Shown here in pieces: positions 33,384 through 42,246 of a DNA stretch of 64,000 nucleotides (the stretch's first letter is position 1; each line of letters begins with the position of its first letter). The notes under the pieces were generated by a model. It did no database searches, was not told the DNA's origin, and was given only the letters and a program-made list of their open reading frames with translations. Source of the stretch: Phycisphaerales bacterium UBA1924 (GTDB taxonomy: Bacteria > Planctomycetota > Phycisphaerae > Phycisphaerales > UBA1924); NCBI GenBank assembly GCA_964229845.1, contig CAXREY010000038.1, positions 3,317 through 67,316 of the forward strand, given 5' to 3'. A program made the position numbers and the translations under genes.

Positions 33384-36122
33384 TTACCCACCCACCCTAC
33401 TCATCAACGCCTCCAACCGCCGCACATGAATCTCCCGGTCCGGCTCGAGGATCGTCAGTGCTTCGAGCTGGTGACGGGCCTGGTCGTAGTCCTCGACGAT
33501 GAGGGCGACGCGGGCGGCGCGTTCGCGTTGGTCGGCGTCGAAGGGGGCGATGGCGACGGCGCGGAGGGCGGACTGGATGGCCTTGTGGTTGTTGCCGCGC
33601 TGGGCGTAGAGGAGGGCGAGCTGGCCGGCGTAGGCGGGGGAGTGGATCTCGCGGGCGTCGAGGTATTCGAGGTGGGGGATGGCGCTGAGGTGGACCTGGG
33701 GGTCGTCGCTGGCGAGGTAGTGGCGCACGAGGCGCTTGTGGGGCTCGTCGTCGGTGGGGCGGACGCGGATGGCGTTGCGGAGGATGCGGGCTTGCTCGGG
33801 CGTGAGGGTGTCATCGGCGCCGGAGAGGGCGGTGGCGACCTGGAGGGTGATGAGCTCGGGGTGGTCGGGGTGCTGCTCGAGCAGGGCGTTGATCTCGTCG
33901 AGGGTGGGGACCTTGTCGAGCTGCTGCTGGAGCGAGTCGTCGTCGGAGACGCCGAGGATGGTGTAGATGTCGGGCGCGTCGTCGGGGAGCAGGAGCCCGT
34001 GGTCGATGAGGTCCTGCTTGGCCCAGTCTCGGAAGGACGCGAGGAAGGACTCGGGCGTTACGGAGAGGACCTCTTCGAAGGCGTCGACGGCGTCTCGCCC
34101 GCGGGTGGAGGCGTCAAAGATGTCGAGGGGGGCCTGCTTGCCGTGGGTTTCGACGATGTACTCGAACATCCATGCGCCCTGCGCGTAGGCGAGCGCGCGG
34201 TCGGTGGGCTTCTTGGGGCGCACGAATGCGGTGTTGATTTCCTCGAGGTCGAAGAGCTCGTCATTGGTGTAGGCGTTGGTGAGCAGGGCCCAGGTGCGCG
34301 AGTCGCGTGGGGCGTCCTCGTTGAAGACGGCGTTGGCCTCGGTCATCCAGTGGATGACGCGGTTCCTGGTGCGTGCCAGGTTGACGGTGTGGGTGTACTC
34401 ATGCTGGAGGACGCGTGGCCAGTCGTATGGGCCGACGGACGACTTGGGGCCGTCGCGTGGGGCCTCGATGGCGATGACGGGCCCGGTGGAGGCGGCCATG
34501 GTGTGGATGGAGGGCATGCCGCCGATGCGGACGGCGAACCACTCGTGGTTGGGCATGAGCTCGATGAGGGTCTTCTGGTCGGGCTCGTGGTCGTTGCCGC
34601 CCGGGGCGTCGCCGGCGACGCGGGCGTGGATGCGCTCCATGATGGCGGGCATCTCACGGGCGAGGACGGCGTCGGTGGTGCCGGGCTTGTAGCGGATGAT
34701 GAAGTGCTCTGACTCGATGGTGTCGTAGGTGGCGAGCTCGGTGACGAGCGTGAGTGAGTTCTGGGCGCGGATGTTGAACGGGTCGAGGGCGAGTGCCTCC
34801 TCGAGCACGTCGCGGGCCTCGCTGTCGAGGCCGGCCTGGACGAGCAACAGCCCGAGCCCGAGGCGGGGCTCGCCCCAGTTGGGGGTGCGCCTGATGACCT
34901 CGCGGTAGGCCTCCGCGGCGTGCTCGTACTGGCGGTACTCGCTGAGCGTCTGGGCGACGCGCATGTAGGCGGATGGGGAGCCGGGCGAGATGGCGTCGTA
35001 GGCGTCGAGCAGGTACTCGGTGGAGGTGGTGCGGAAGCCGGCGGCGGCCGCCGCGGCGTTGATCTCGAGCAGGTCGCGCTGGTTGGGCATACGCGCGAGG
35101 ACGGGGTCCATGGACATCTCGGCACCCTCGGGGTCCTTGCGGCGGAGCGCGACGCGGGCGCGGAGGATGCAGCCGAGCAGTGACGGGCGGACGTAGGCGT
35201 CGGGCTTGGCTTCGCCGTCGATGGATGCGGCGAGCAGGTCGAGCTTGCGTGCGATCTCGTCGGCGGTGTCGAAGTCGAAGGAGTCGACGGCCATGGACCC
35301 GATGATGAACGCGGCCTGGGCGTTGCGGGGGTGGAGCGCGAGCGTTTCGGCTGCGGCGTTGCGTCCGTCCTGGTAGTTGTTGTGTGCGTAGAGCAGGCGT
35401 GCCTCGGCGAGTCGCACCCGCCACGAGGTGCGGTCGATGTTTTCGCGGGCGTTGGCGAGGAGCTTGGTGATGGCCTCGTACTCGCTGCGCGCGTCGCGTT
35501 GGGGGCCGTTGAGGCGGAGTAGGTCGAGCAGCCCCTCCGCGGCCCAGGCGATCTGGTCGGCGTCGCTGAGCTGCTCGCTCTGGAGCTGCTGGCGGAGCGC
35601 CTCGAGCTGGGCGCGGGTCTGGTCCAGCTGGCCGAGCATCTCGTGTGCGCGGGCGGTGAGTGTTCGGTTCGCGGGGGTGTGCGGCTCGGGGTTCTCGTTG
35701 AGGATGCCGATGGCTCGGCGCGGGTCGCCGCGGACGATCGCGGCCTGCGCGATTGCGATGGGGTCGGCGTTGGGATCGTTCAGGAACGGGTGGTCGTAGG
35801 CGCCGGCGTCGAGCGCGGCGCGTGCGGCGTGGTCGGGGTTGAGCAGGTCGTCGGGGTTCCACAGCCCGTGCTTGATGCGGAGGGCGGTGCGCTCCTCGTC
35901 GGAGAGGAAGTCCGCGTTGATCAGGTCGCGGAGGGCGTCGGTGATCTGGTTGAGCTGCTCGGGCACCTCGATGCGGCGAAGCGGCTGCTGCTCGTGGTCG
36001 TGGATGTCGATGGGCGCGATGGGCGGCTTGGTGTCCTCGCCCGGGGGCACGGACTGCTGGGCGATCGCGGGGAGCGCGAGGAGGGCGAGCAGGGCGGCGG
36101 CGTGGATGGTGTTGTGGATCAT
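33384..36122 (-). CDS. Secreted TPR-repeat protein with an embedded HEXXH metallopeptidase-like region
   Basis: Signal AAALLALLALPAIAQQ. TPR-like helical repeats at both ends. Central VLQHEYTHTVNLARTRNRVIHWMTEANAVFNE. Confidence 0.65.
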   Translation of the reverse strand: MIHNTIHAAALLALLALPAIAQQSVPPGEDTKPPIAPIDIHDHEQQPLRRIEVPEQLNQITDALRDLINADFLSDEERTALRIKHGLWNPDDLLNPDHAARAALDAGAYDHPFLNDPNADPIAIAQAAIVRGDPRRAIGILNENPEPHTPANRTLTARAHEMLGQLDQTRAQLEALRQQLQSEQLSDADQIAWAAEGLLDLLRLNGPQRDARSEYEAITKLLANARENIDRTSWRVRLAEARLLYAHNNYQDGRNAAAETLALHPRNAQAAFIIGSMAVDSFDFDTADEIARKLDLLAASIDGEAKPDAYVRPSLLGCILRARVALRRKDPEGAEMSMDPVLARMPNQRDLLEINAAAAAAGFRTTSTEYLLDAYDAISPGSPSAYMRVAQTLSEYRQYEHAAEAYREVIRRTPNWGEPRLGLGLLLVQAGLDSEARDVLEEALALDPFNIRAQNSLTLVTELATYDTIESEHFIIRYKPGTTDAVLAREMPAIMERIHARVAGDAPGGNDHEPDQKTLIELMPNHEWFAVRIGGMPSIHTMAASTGPVIAIEAPRDGPKSSVGPYDWPRVLQHEYTHTVNLARTRNRVIHWMTEANAVFNEDAPRDSRTWALLTNAYTNDELFDLEEINTAFVRPKKPTDRALAYAQGAWMFEYIVETHGKQAPLDIFDASTRGRDAVDAFEEVLSVTPESFLASFRDWAKQDLIDHGLLLPDDAPDIYTILGVSDDDSLQQQLDKVPTLDEINALLEQHPDHPELITLQVATALSGADDTLTPEQARILRNAIRVRPTDDEPHKRLVRHYLASDDPQVHLSAIPHLEYLDAREIHSPAYAGQLALLYAQRGNNHKAIQSALRAVAIAPFDADQRERAARVALIVEDYDQARHQLEALTILEPDREIHVRRLEALMSRVGG

Positions 36123-36128
36123 GCGTGC

Positions 36129-37040
36129 TTAGGGGTTGGGGCTGGGGTCATTCGCGTCCGCGTCGCCGCGCCAGTGGGAGATCTGGATGCGCCAGCCGGA
36201 GCGGGCGTCGGGCGTGGTGGTGTCGAAGATCGCGGCGGGGATCTCGGCGTTGCGCTGCGGCTCGAAGAGCTCGACGATCTGGAGATCGCCGGTCCAGTCC
36301 TGCTTGATGTAGAGCGCGGGGAGGAGCGATTCGCTGTTGATCCAGATGCGGACAAACTCCCAGTCGTCCTCGAATCCGGAGCCGTCCTTCGGGACGAGCA
36401 TGAGCTGGGTGGTGCCCGCGACGTGGGGCTGGTTCGCGAGCGAGGCGAGCTCTGGGAAGTCGGGGTTGTCGGCGAGCCCATCGGTGGTGGGGAGGATGCT
36501 CGCCTCGTAGGCGTCGAGCAGGCGGTCCTGGTCGCGCCCGAGCGAGACCCAGAACGGCGCGTCGCGCATCAGCTCCATGGGGTCGAGCTTCTCGCCCTGG
36601 GGGACCAGCTCGCGCTTGGTGAACTGTTTTTCCTCGGGGTAGCGTTCGACGAACCATCGCCCGTCGAAGATGAAGTGCTCCTCGATCACGTCCTGGCGGT
36701 CGTTGATCTCCAGCAGGTTGAAGCGGACGGCGTACTTGCGTGACTGTGCGGCGTCCTCGTTGTCGGCGTTGCGGATGGCGAGCTGCCCGTAGCGGACCTG
36801 CATGTCGTTCTCGAGCGCGTGGATGATGGTGTAGCGCACGCCGCCGCGGAGCGTGGTGGTCTGCCTGTCCTGCTCGGCGAGGGCGGTGAGGAGCTCACGC
36901 GGGGTTTCGAACGAGGCGGGCTGCGTGGCGGCAGCCTCCGGGGTGGTCCCTTCTGTCTCGCTCGGCTCGACAACTCGCCCATCAGGACGGGGGAGGACGG
37001 CTGCGGCGGTGAGCAGGATGGTGAGCAGGGCGCTGGGCAT
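36129..37040 (-). CDS. Secreted protein, possibly LolA-like (lipoprotein-carrier fold)
   Basis: Start at MPSALLTILLTAAAVLP inside ORF 36129..37343. The stop lies 6 nt upstream of the TPR gene start, so operon-like. The LolA-like call rests only on length and general sequence character. Confidence 0.4.
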   Translation of the reverse strand: MPSALLTILLTAAAVLPRPDGRVVEPSETEGTTPEAAATQPASFETPRELLTALAEQDRQTTTLRGGVRYTIIHALENDMQVRYGQLAIRNADNEDAAQSRKYAVRFNLLEINDRQDVIEEHFIFDGRWFVERYPEEKQFTKRELVPQGEKLDPMELMRDAPFWVSLGRDQDRLLDAYEASILPTTDGLADNPDFPELASLANQPHVAGTTQLMLVPKDGSGFEDDWEFVRIWINSESLLPALYIKQDWTGDLQIVELFEPQRNAEIPAAIFDTTTPDARSGWRIQISHWRGDADANDPSPNP

Positions 37041-37123
37041 CGTGGTTCCTTCGGATTCGGGTCGGTCTCTCGATCGTCTTACCAGCAGAACTCCGCAGGG
37101 GTTCGGTTCATTGCACTCTTGTG

Positions 37124-37271
37124 CCTTTCCCGCCGGTCGAAGCTCCGCCTTTGGCGGGCGAGGGGAGGTGCAGAGTCTTCGAGGCGGAGGGGGTCTTGAT
37201 GTGCGTGCATGGCTTTCAAGACCCCATCCGATCCGCCTGCGGCGGACCACACTCCCCACGGGTTGGGGAAA
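37124..37271. repeat. REP-like family 1, head-to-head pair (copy H: reverse unit 37124..37198, forward unit 37218..37271)
   Basis: Reverse unit: ...GAGGGGAGG-T-GCAGAGTCTTCGAGGC-GGAGGGGGTCTTG. Spacer, then forward unit: CAAGACCCCATCC, then GATCCGCC-tgc-GGCGGACC, then ACACTCCCC-acgggtt-GGGGAAAG. Confidence 0.7.
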
Positions 37272-37320
37272 GCAACAGGAGCGTACCGCCCGAACACCCG
37301 CCCTTCTGACCACCGATCGG

Positions 37321-37791
37321 CTATTTGTGCTCCACGGGGTCAATGGTGTCGATGACGGAGGCGTCGGGCTCGTCGAGGTAGAGCTGGGCGATGGCGGCGG
37401 CAGCGATGGCGTCGCGTCGCTGTTTCTTCTGCTTGTGGGTGAGCCCGCTCTGCGACATGCGTGCGTCGGCGAGCTGCGAGGTTTTCCGTTCGTCCACGAG
37501 CACGATGGGGCGGTCGATGCGGGAGGCGAGCTTGACGGTGAACTCCCGCACGAGCTTGGCGCGTGGGCCTTCCGAGTCGTCCATGTTCAGGGGGATGCCG
37601 ATGACGATCTCGGTTTCCGGGCCGGACGCCTGATGGTGGAACTGTTTCACGATGGCGTCGATGAGCAGGCGTCCGTTCTCGCGATCGATGGGGGTCTCGA
37701 TGAGCCCTGCGGGGGAGGCGATGCCGGTGATCCGGTCCGCGAGGGCGAGGCCGGTGCGTTGGTCTCCGAGATCGATGGCGAAGATGCGCAT
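37321..37791 (-). CDS. ruvX: Holliday junction resolvase-like protein RuvX/YqgF
   Basis: MRIFAIDLGDQRTGLALAD..., VIGIPLNMDDSEG, VLVDERKTS. Start at ATG 37791 inside ORF 37321..38136. Confidence 0.85.
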   Translation of the reverse strand: MRIFAIDLGDQRTGLALADRITGIASPAGLIETPIDRENGRLLIDAIVKQFHHQASGPETEIVIGIPLNMDDSEGPRAKLVREFTVKLASRIDRPIVLVDERKTSQLADARMSQSGLTHKQKKQRRDAIAAAAIAQLYLDEPDASVIDTIDPVEHK

Positions 37792-37878
37792 GGCTGATTG
37801 TACGTCGGGTGTGCGGCGTGGGTTGGTTGCGGCGGGGGGTGGCTGATAGGATGTGGGGGATAGAAGGAGCGGGCACGC

Positions 37879-38625
37879 ATGAAGCAGTTTGTGGTTTTGG
37901 GGCTTGGGCGGAGCGGCTCGAACCTGCTTGTGAATCGGCTGAACACGCCGGGCTCGGTGTGCTTCGGCGAGATCTATCACCCCGTGGACATCTTCCTGAA
38001 GTTTCCTGTGCCGGGCTACGACTCGATGAAGCAGCGCGACAAGGACCCGGTGGGCTTCTACCGGGCGCTGCACGGGCAGGTCGTGGAGCGGTACCCGAAG
38101 AAGCGGGCGTGGGGGTACAAGCTGTTCCTGCACCATTCACGCGGCGCGCTGGAGCACATGTGTGCTGACCCCGACATCGCGGTGGTGGTGCTGCAGCGCA
38201 AGAACATGCTGGCTCGCTACAGCTCGACGAAGAAGGCGATCGAGACCGGCGCGTACCGCAAGCTCTCCGACGAGGGGGCGGTGCAGGAGGATCGCCTCGT
38301 CGAGTTCGTGCCCAGCGAGTTCAGGAAGCTGGTGCGGCGCGAGCAGAAGCTCTTCGAGGCGTTGTACAAGAAGCTCGATAAGCACGCCAAGGCCTACCAC
38401 GAGATCGAGTACTGCGAACTGGGCTCGCCCGAGGCGATGGCCGGTGTGTTCGCGCACCTGGGCATCGAGGGGCGTGCATCGGAGGACATCCGCGTGCAGA
38501 AGCAGGGCTCCGCGTACGACATGCTCGAGCGGTTCTCCAATCCGGAGGATGTGGTGCGCTACGTTGAGACGAACGGCATGGAGGCGTGGCTGCATGAGCA
38601 GTCGCCCCGGCTGCAGCCGGCGTGA
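37879..38625 (+). CDS. Sulfotransferase family protein (Stf0/NodH-like)
   Basis: N-terminal PAPS-binding-like loop VVLGLGRSGSNLL and a later RKNMLARYSS motif; about 250 aa. Confidence 0.6.
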   Translation: MKQFVVLGLGRSGSNLLVNRLNTPGSVCFGEIYHPVDIFLKFPVPGYDSMKQRDKDPVGFYRALHGQVVERYPKKRAWGYKLFLHHSRGALEHMCADPDIAVVVLQRKNMLARYSSTKKAIETGAYRKLSDEGAVQEDRLVEFVPSEFRKLVRREQKLFEALYKKLDKHAKAYHEIEYCELGSPEAMAGVFAHLGIEGRASEDIRVQKQGSAYDMLERFSNPEDVVRYVETNGMEAWLHEQSPRLQPA

Positions 38626-38659
38626 GTTGCGGGCGGTGTGTGTGAGCGGGAGGGTGAGC

Positions 38660-40030
38660 ATGATGCGGCTGTGTGTGATGATGATGTGTGCGTGCCTCTT
38701 CGGGGGCCCTGCGTTCGCTCAGGACCAAGCGGAGGGCGTGGCCGAGGAGCGGGATTCCCGCTTTGACGCGACCCTCGCGGAGATCGCCGAGCGCCTCGGA
38801 ACCTGCACCGACGACAACTACGAATCGATGATCGAGTACATCAAGTCGAAGGAACAGGAGGGGTTCTTCGCGAACTATCAGGACCCCGACGGGATGACCC
38901 TGCTGATGCACGCGTGCAGGATTCCTGAGACGCACGAGATCGCGTGGTGGCTGGTCTACCACAGGCGTGTTGATCGTTCCATTCGCGACGACGACGGCAT
39001 GCTCGCGTGGCACCACACGGCCTACAACCCTGACGCACACATGGCGTCACGGATTGTGGGAATTTTCCTGCACTGGGGGGACGACCCGAAGAGCCGGGAC
39101 GGCTCGGGGCGTGATTTTCTGATGCACACGATCATCGCGAACCATGCGCGTGGCTTGGTTTCCCTCGCCATCGACGCGATGGACGCGACAGACGAGGATC
39201 TGAATCGTCTCGACGACAACGGGCACTCCGCCGTGTCCTACGCGGCGATGCACAACCGCCGCTTCCGCATCTGGGAGCTGCTCGCCGAGCACGGGGCGGA
39301 CCTGAGCAAGACCTACACGAAGGACGAGCTCACCCCGCTGCACCTGGCGGCCCGTGAGAACATGGCCGAGGTCGCCGGCGCGATCATCCGTGAAGACGCA
39401 GAGATCGATCCACGCGACGCGAAAGGCATGACGCCGCTCATGTGGGCGCTGCTGGAGAACAAGGACCCGCTGATGCCCAGGTACCTGCTCCAGGGCGGGG
39501 CGGACGCGACGCTCGTGAGCGATCAGGGCGCGACCATGACGCACGCCGCGGCCTACGGCGGGCAGAACGCGGACGTCTTCAAGCGGATCCTCGACGCGGG
39601 CGCGGCGCCCGATGCCCCCATGCCCAACAACCCGACGGTCACACCCGCCCGCCTCTACGCCCAGCACGGCGACGACCCAGCGGTCTGGGCGATCCTGAGC
39701 GAGCACGGCGCGGAGCTGAACCGCAAGGGTGAGTACGAACCCCCGACGCTGATGGTCGCCATCGATCGCGGCGTGAGCGTCGAGTACGCCGAGGCGATGA
39801 TCGACGCCGGCTGCGACGTGAACGACCTATGGGTTGTCGCGAACGGCTCGGCGCTGCTCATGGCCTGCCGGGGTTCATCGCCCGAGATGATCACCATGCT
39901 CCTCGACCACGGCGCAGACGCGACGCTGGTCAGCGCCGAGGGCAAGGGCGTGCTCGAATACGCCGCCCTGAACCCCAAGCTCAAGGACCACCCGGTGCTC
40001 CAGCGGCTGCGCACGCTGGCGGGCGAGTAA
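38660..40030 (+). CDS. Secreted ankyrin-repeat protein
   Basis: Start at MMRLCVMMMCACLFGGPAFAQ inside ORF 38162..40030. Ankyrin units such as NGHSAVSYAAMHNRRFRIWELLAEHGADL, LTPLHLAARENMAEVAGAII, KGMTPLMWALLEN and GATMTHAAAYGG. Confidence 0.8.
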   Translation: MMRLCVMMMCACLFGGPAFAQDQAEGVAEERDSRFDATLAEIAERLGTCTDDNYESMIEYIKSKEQEGFFANYQDPDGMTLLMHACRIPETHEIAWWLVYHRRVDRSIRDDDGMLAWHHTAYNPDAHMASRIVGIFLHWGDDPKSRDGSGRDFLMHTIIANHARGLVSLAIDAMDATDEDLNRLDDNGHSAVSYAAMHNRRFRIWELLAEHGADLSKTYTKDELTPLHLAARENMAEVAGAIIREDAEIDPRDAKGMTPLMWALLENKDPLMPRYLLQGGADATLVSDQGATMTHAAAYGGQNADVFKRILDAGAAPDAPMPNNPTVTPARLYAQHGDDPAVWAILSEHGAELNRKGEYEPPTLMVAIDRGVSVEYAEAMIDAGCDVNDLWVVANGSALLMACRGSSPEMITMLLDHGADATLVSAEGKGVLEYAALNPKLKDHPVLQRLRTLAGE

Positions 40031-40054
40031 GAAACAGCGAGGCGTGTGTTCGTG

Positions 40055-40185
40055 CCTTCCCCGCGAGGGGCGGGGGAGGTGGATTCGGCGCAGCCGAAGA
40101 CAGAGGGGGTCTTGGGGAGCGTGCGTCTGTTGAAGACCCCCTCCGCCTCGAAGACTCGGCACCTCCCCCGTCAGGACGGGGGAGG
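40055..40185. repeat. REP-like family 1, head-to-head pair (copy I: reverse unit 40055..40113, forward unit 40132..40185)
   Basis: Reverse unit: CCTTCCCC-gcgaggggc-GGGGGAGG-T-GGATTCGGC-gca-GCCGAAGAC-AGAGGGGGTCTT. Spacer, then forward unit: GAAGACCCCCTCC-gcctcgaagactcggc-ACCTCCCCC-gtcaggac-GGGGGAGG. Confidence 0.8.
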
Positions 40186-40195
40186 CACAAGAAAG

Positions 40196-40241
40196 GAAGG
40201 AAGGCGGAGGTTTCCGTATACAGGAACCTCCGCCTTCCTTC
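40196..40241. terminator. Perfect 17-bp hairpin between convergent genes
   Basis: GAAGGAAGGCGGAGGTT-tccgtatacagg-AACCTCCGCCTTCCTTC. It lies between the stops at 40030 (+) and 40269 (-). Confidence 0.6.
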
Positions 40242-40268
40242 ATTGTGTCTCTCCGGATGAACCCGGCC

Positions 40269-41375
40269 CTACTTCAGCGAATCCGGCAGCTGGTCGTGGA
40301 GCTTCTTGATGTCCTGTGCGCGGCTCTTGGGCACCACGAGCGTCGCGCGTTCGGTCTGGACGACGATCAGGTCCTCGCAGCCGATGAGGGCGATGGTGTG
40401 CTCGCTGCTGGTGTCCTCGGCCACGACGATGTTGTTGTTGGCATCGAAGGTGGCGATCGGGGCGCCGTTGGTTCGGTTGCCGTGCTCGTCGGGTGTGAGC
40501 GTCTCGGCGTACGCGGGCCAGGAGCCGACGTCGAGCCACTTGATGTCCATCTTGACGCCGACGATCATCACGTCGCGCTCGCTGCTCGCGGGCTCCATGA
40601 TGCCGTAGTCCACGCTGGTCTTCTCCAGCTGCGGGTAGACCTCATCGAGCACCGCCTGCTGCCTGTCCGTGCCCCATGCGTCGCGCAGCTGCATGATCAG
40701 CTCGTGGTTCTTGGGCATGAAGCGCTTGTACAGGTCCAGCAGCGTCCGCGCGTGGAACACGAACATCCCCGCGTTCCAGTCGAAACGCCCGGACTGGAAG
40801 TACGCCTCCGCCTTCTCCAGCGGCGGCTTCTCGATAAACCGCGCCACCTTGAACGCCTGCGACTCGGTCTCGGCGATGTACTCGCCCCGCTCGATGTAGC
40901 CGTAGCCCGTCGCGGGGTGGTCGGGCTTGATGCCGAACGTCACCAGGCGTGTCGGGTCCTGCTCGACCAGCGTGTAGCCCAGCTCGATCGACCTGGAGAA
41001 CACGTCCGCCGGCTCGATCAACTGGTCGGCCGTCAGCACGCTGAACACCGCGTCCGGGTCGTCCTTGCTGAACACCGCCGCCGCGAACGCCACCGCATTG
41101 ACCGTATCGCGCGGCATCGGCTCGCCCAGGATGTGCCCGTCGTCGAACGAGGGCATGGCCTCGCGGATCTGCCCGCGGTACCGCTCGCCCGTGCAGATGT
41201 AGACCGAGTTGCCCTTGGTCAGGTCCGCCGCCCGCTCGGCCGCCAGCTCGAGCAGCGAGACGGTCCGCCCGTCATCGGTTTTGATGAACTTGATAAGCTG
41301 CTTGGGCTGCCCATCGCGGGACATCGGCCAGAGACGGGTGCCGGACCCGCCGGCCATGATCATTGCGTAACGCAT
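40269..41375 (-). CDS. manC: Mannose-1-phosphate guanylyltransferase (nucleotidyltransferase domain only)
   Basis: MRYAMIMAGGSGTRLWPMSRDGQPKQL signature. 368 aa, with no C-terminal isomerase/cupin part apparent. Confidence 0.8.
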   Translation of the reverse strand: MRYAMIMAGGSGTRLWPMSRDGQPKQLIKFIKTDDGRTVSLLELAAERAADLTKGNSVYICTGERYRGQIREAMPSFDDGHILGEPMPRDTVNAVAFAAAVFSKDDPDAVFSVLTADQLIEPADVFSRSIELGYTLVEQDPTRLVTFGIKPDHPATGYGYIERGEYIAETESQAFKVARFIEKPPLEKAEAYFQSGRFDWNAGMFVFHARTLLDLYKRFMPKNHELIMQLRDAWGTDRQQAVLDEVYPQLEKTSVDYGIMEPASSERDVMIVGVKMDIKWLDVGSWPAYAETLTPDEHGNRTNGAPIATFDANNNIVVAEDTSSEHTIALIGCEDLIVVQTERATLVVPKSRAQDIKKLHDQLPDSLK

Positions 41376-41395
41376 GGGGAATCCTTCGGATTCGA

Positions 41396-41489
41396 GGGAC
41401 TAGCCATCAGCCACTAGCCACTAGGGGTATAAATGTACGGTCAGCGTGATTTTCAGGCCCCTAGTGGCTTATGGCTAGTGGCTAGTCCC
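41396..41489. repeat. Imperfect 32-bp inverted repeat built from AGCCAYN heptamers, separated by a 30-bp spacer
   Basis: Left arm GGGACT-AGCCATC-AGCCACT-AGCCACT-AGGGG. The reverse complement of the right arm is GGGACT-AGCCACT-AGCCATA-AGCCACT-AGGGG (28 of 32 match). The spacer starts TATAAATG. Confidence 0.8.
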
Positions 41490-41494
41490 TTCTT

Positions 41495-42151
41495 CTATCC
41501 CCCAAACACCGTCTGCACCAGCACGTCCACATCGGCGTCCGCATCAACCTTCGTCATCGCAATCTGCACTTTCTGCTCCGCAGTGGAGCGTTGCTCGCCC
41601 AGGGCCATCAGGGCCGCGATGGCCTCGGCGGCCGCGGGTGGGAAGGACGATTGCTCGATCGTGGAAGTGGGGGCGGTGCGGGTCGCGCTCGCGCCGGCCA
41701 TGATCGCATCGCCCGCGAACTTGTCGATCTTGCCGCTCAGCTCCGCGATCATGGTCTCCGCGGAACGCTTGCCGATCTCGGGCAGCTTGGTCAGGGCCTT
41801 GGCGTCCTTGGACACGATGAAGGCCGCGATCGTGCTGGGCGGCTCCACCAGCGCCCGCAGGGCCTTCTTGGTGCCCACACCCTTCACGCTCGTGAACACC
41901 TCGAAGAAGTCACGCTCCACGGGCGATCCGAACCCGATCACACGCGGCAGGAAGCTCGTCCCCTGCCCCTGGGCCTCCAGATAGACCTTGGTGTGCAGCG
42001 TCACCCGGTCGTTGATCTTGGACTCCAGCGTGTGCGCAAGGTACTGCGGGATCAGCAGTTCGATCGCGAAGTCGGGGTTGGTGTGCAGGGTGGCGAGGGG
42101 GATCGCGCCCTGGGCGATCGATTCGAGCTGTGCGGTGAGTCGTGTGAGCAT
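41495..42151 (-). CDS. ruvA: Holliday junction DNA helicase subunit RuvA
   Basis: Typical RuvA layout: an OB-fold N-terminus, then HhH motifs FFEVFTSVKGVGTKKALRAL and LTKLPEIGKRSAETMIAEL, then a C-terminal domain III. Confidence 0.85.
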   Translation of the reverse strand: MLTRLTAQLESIAQGAIPLATLHTNPDFAIELLIPQYLAHTLESKINDRVTLHTKVYLEAQGQGTSFLPRVIGFGSPVERDFFEVFTSVKGVGTKKALRALVEPPSTIAAFIVSKDAKALTKLPEIGKRSAETMIAELSGKIDKFAGDAIMAGASATRTAPTSTIEQSSFPPAAAEAIAALMALGEQRSTAEQKVQIAMTKVDADADVDVLVQTVFGG

Positions 42152-42246
42152 GGGTGCTCGGAGGATACCCGTTTTCGGCGCACGGAATACCGATCGGGGG
42201 GATGAAAATAGGGTTCGGGTGGGGGGAATGAGCCGATGAGAGGGGT

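Noticed and set aside
33381-36743. Long plus-strand ORFs (33381..34712 and 35643..36743) opposite the TPR and LolA-like genes.
   Set aside because: They are Gly/Val/Asp/Glu/Ala-rich antisense translations of GC3-rich genes, with no motifs.
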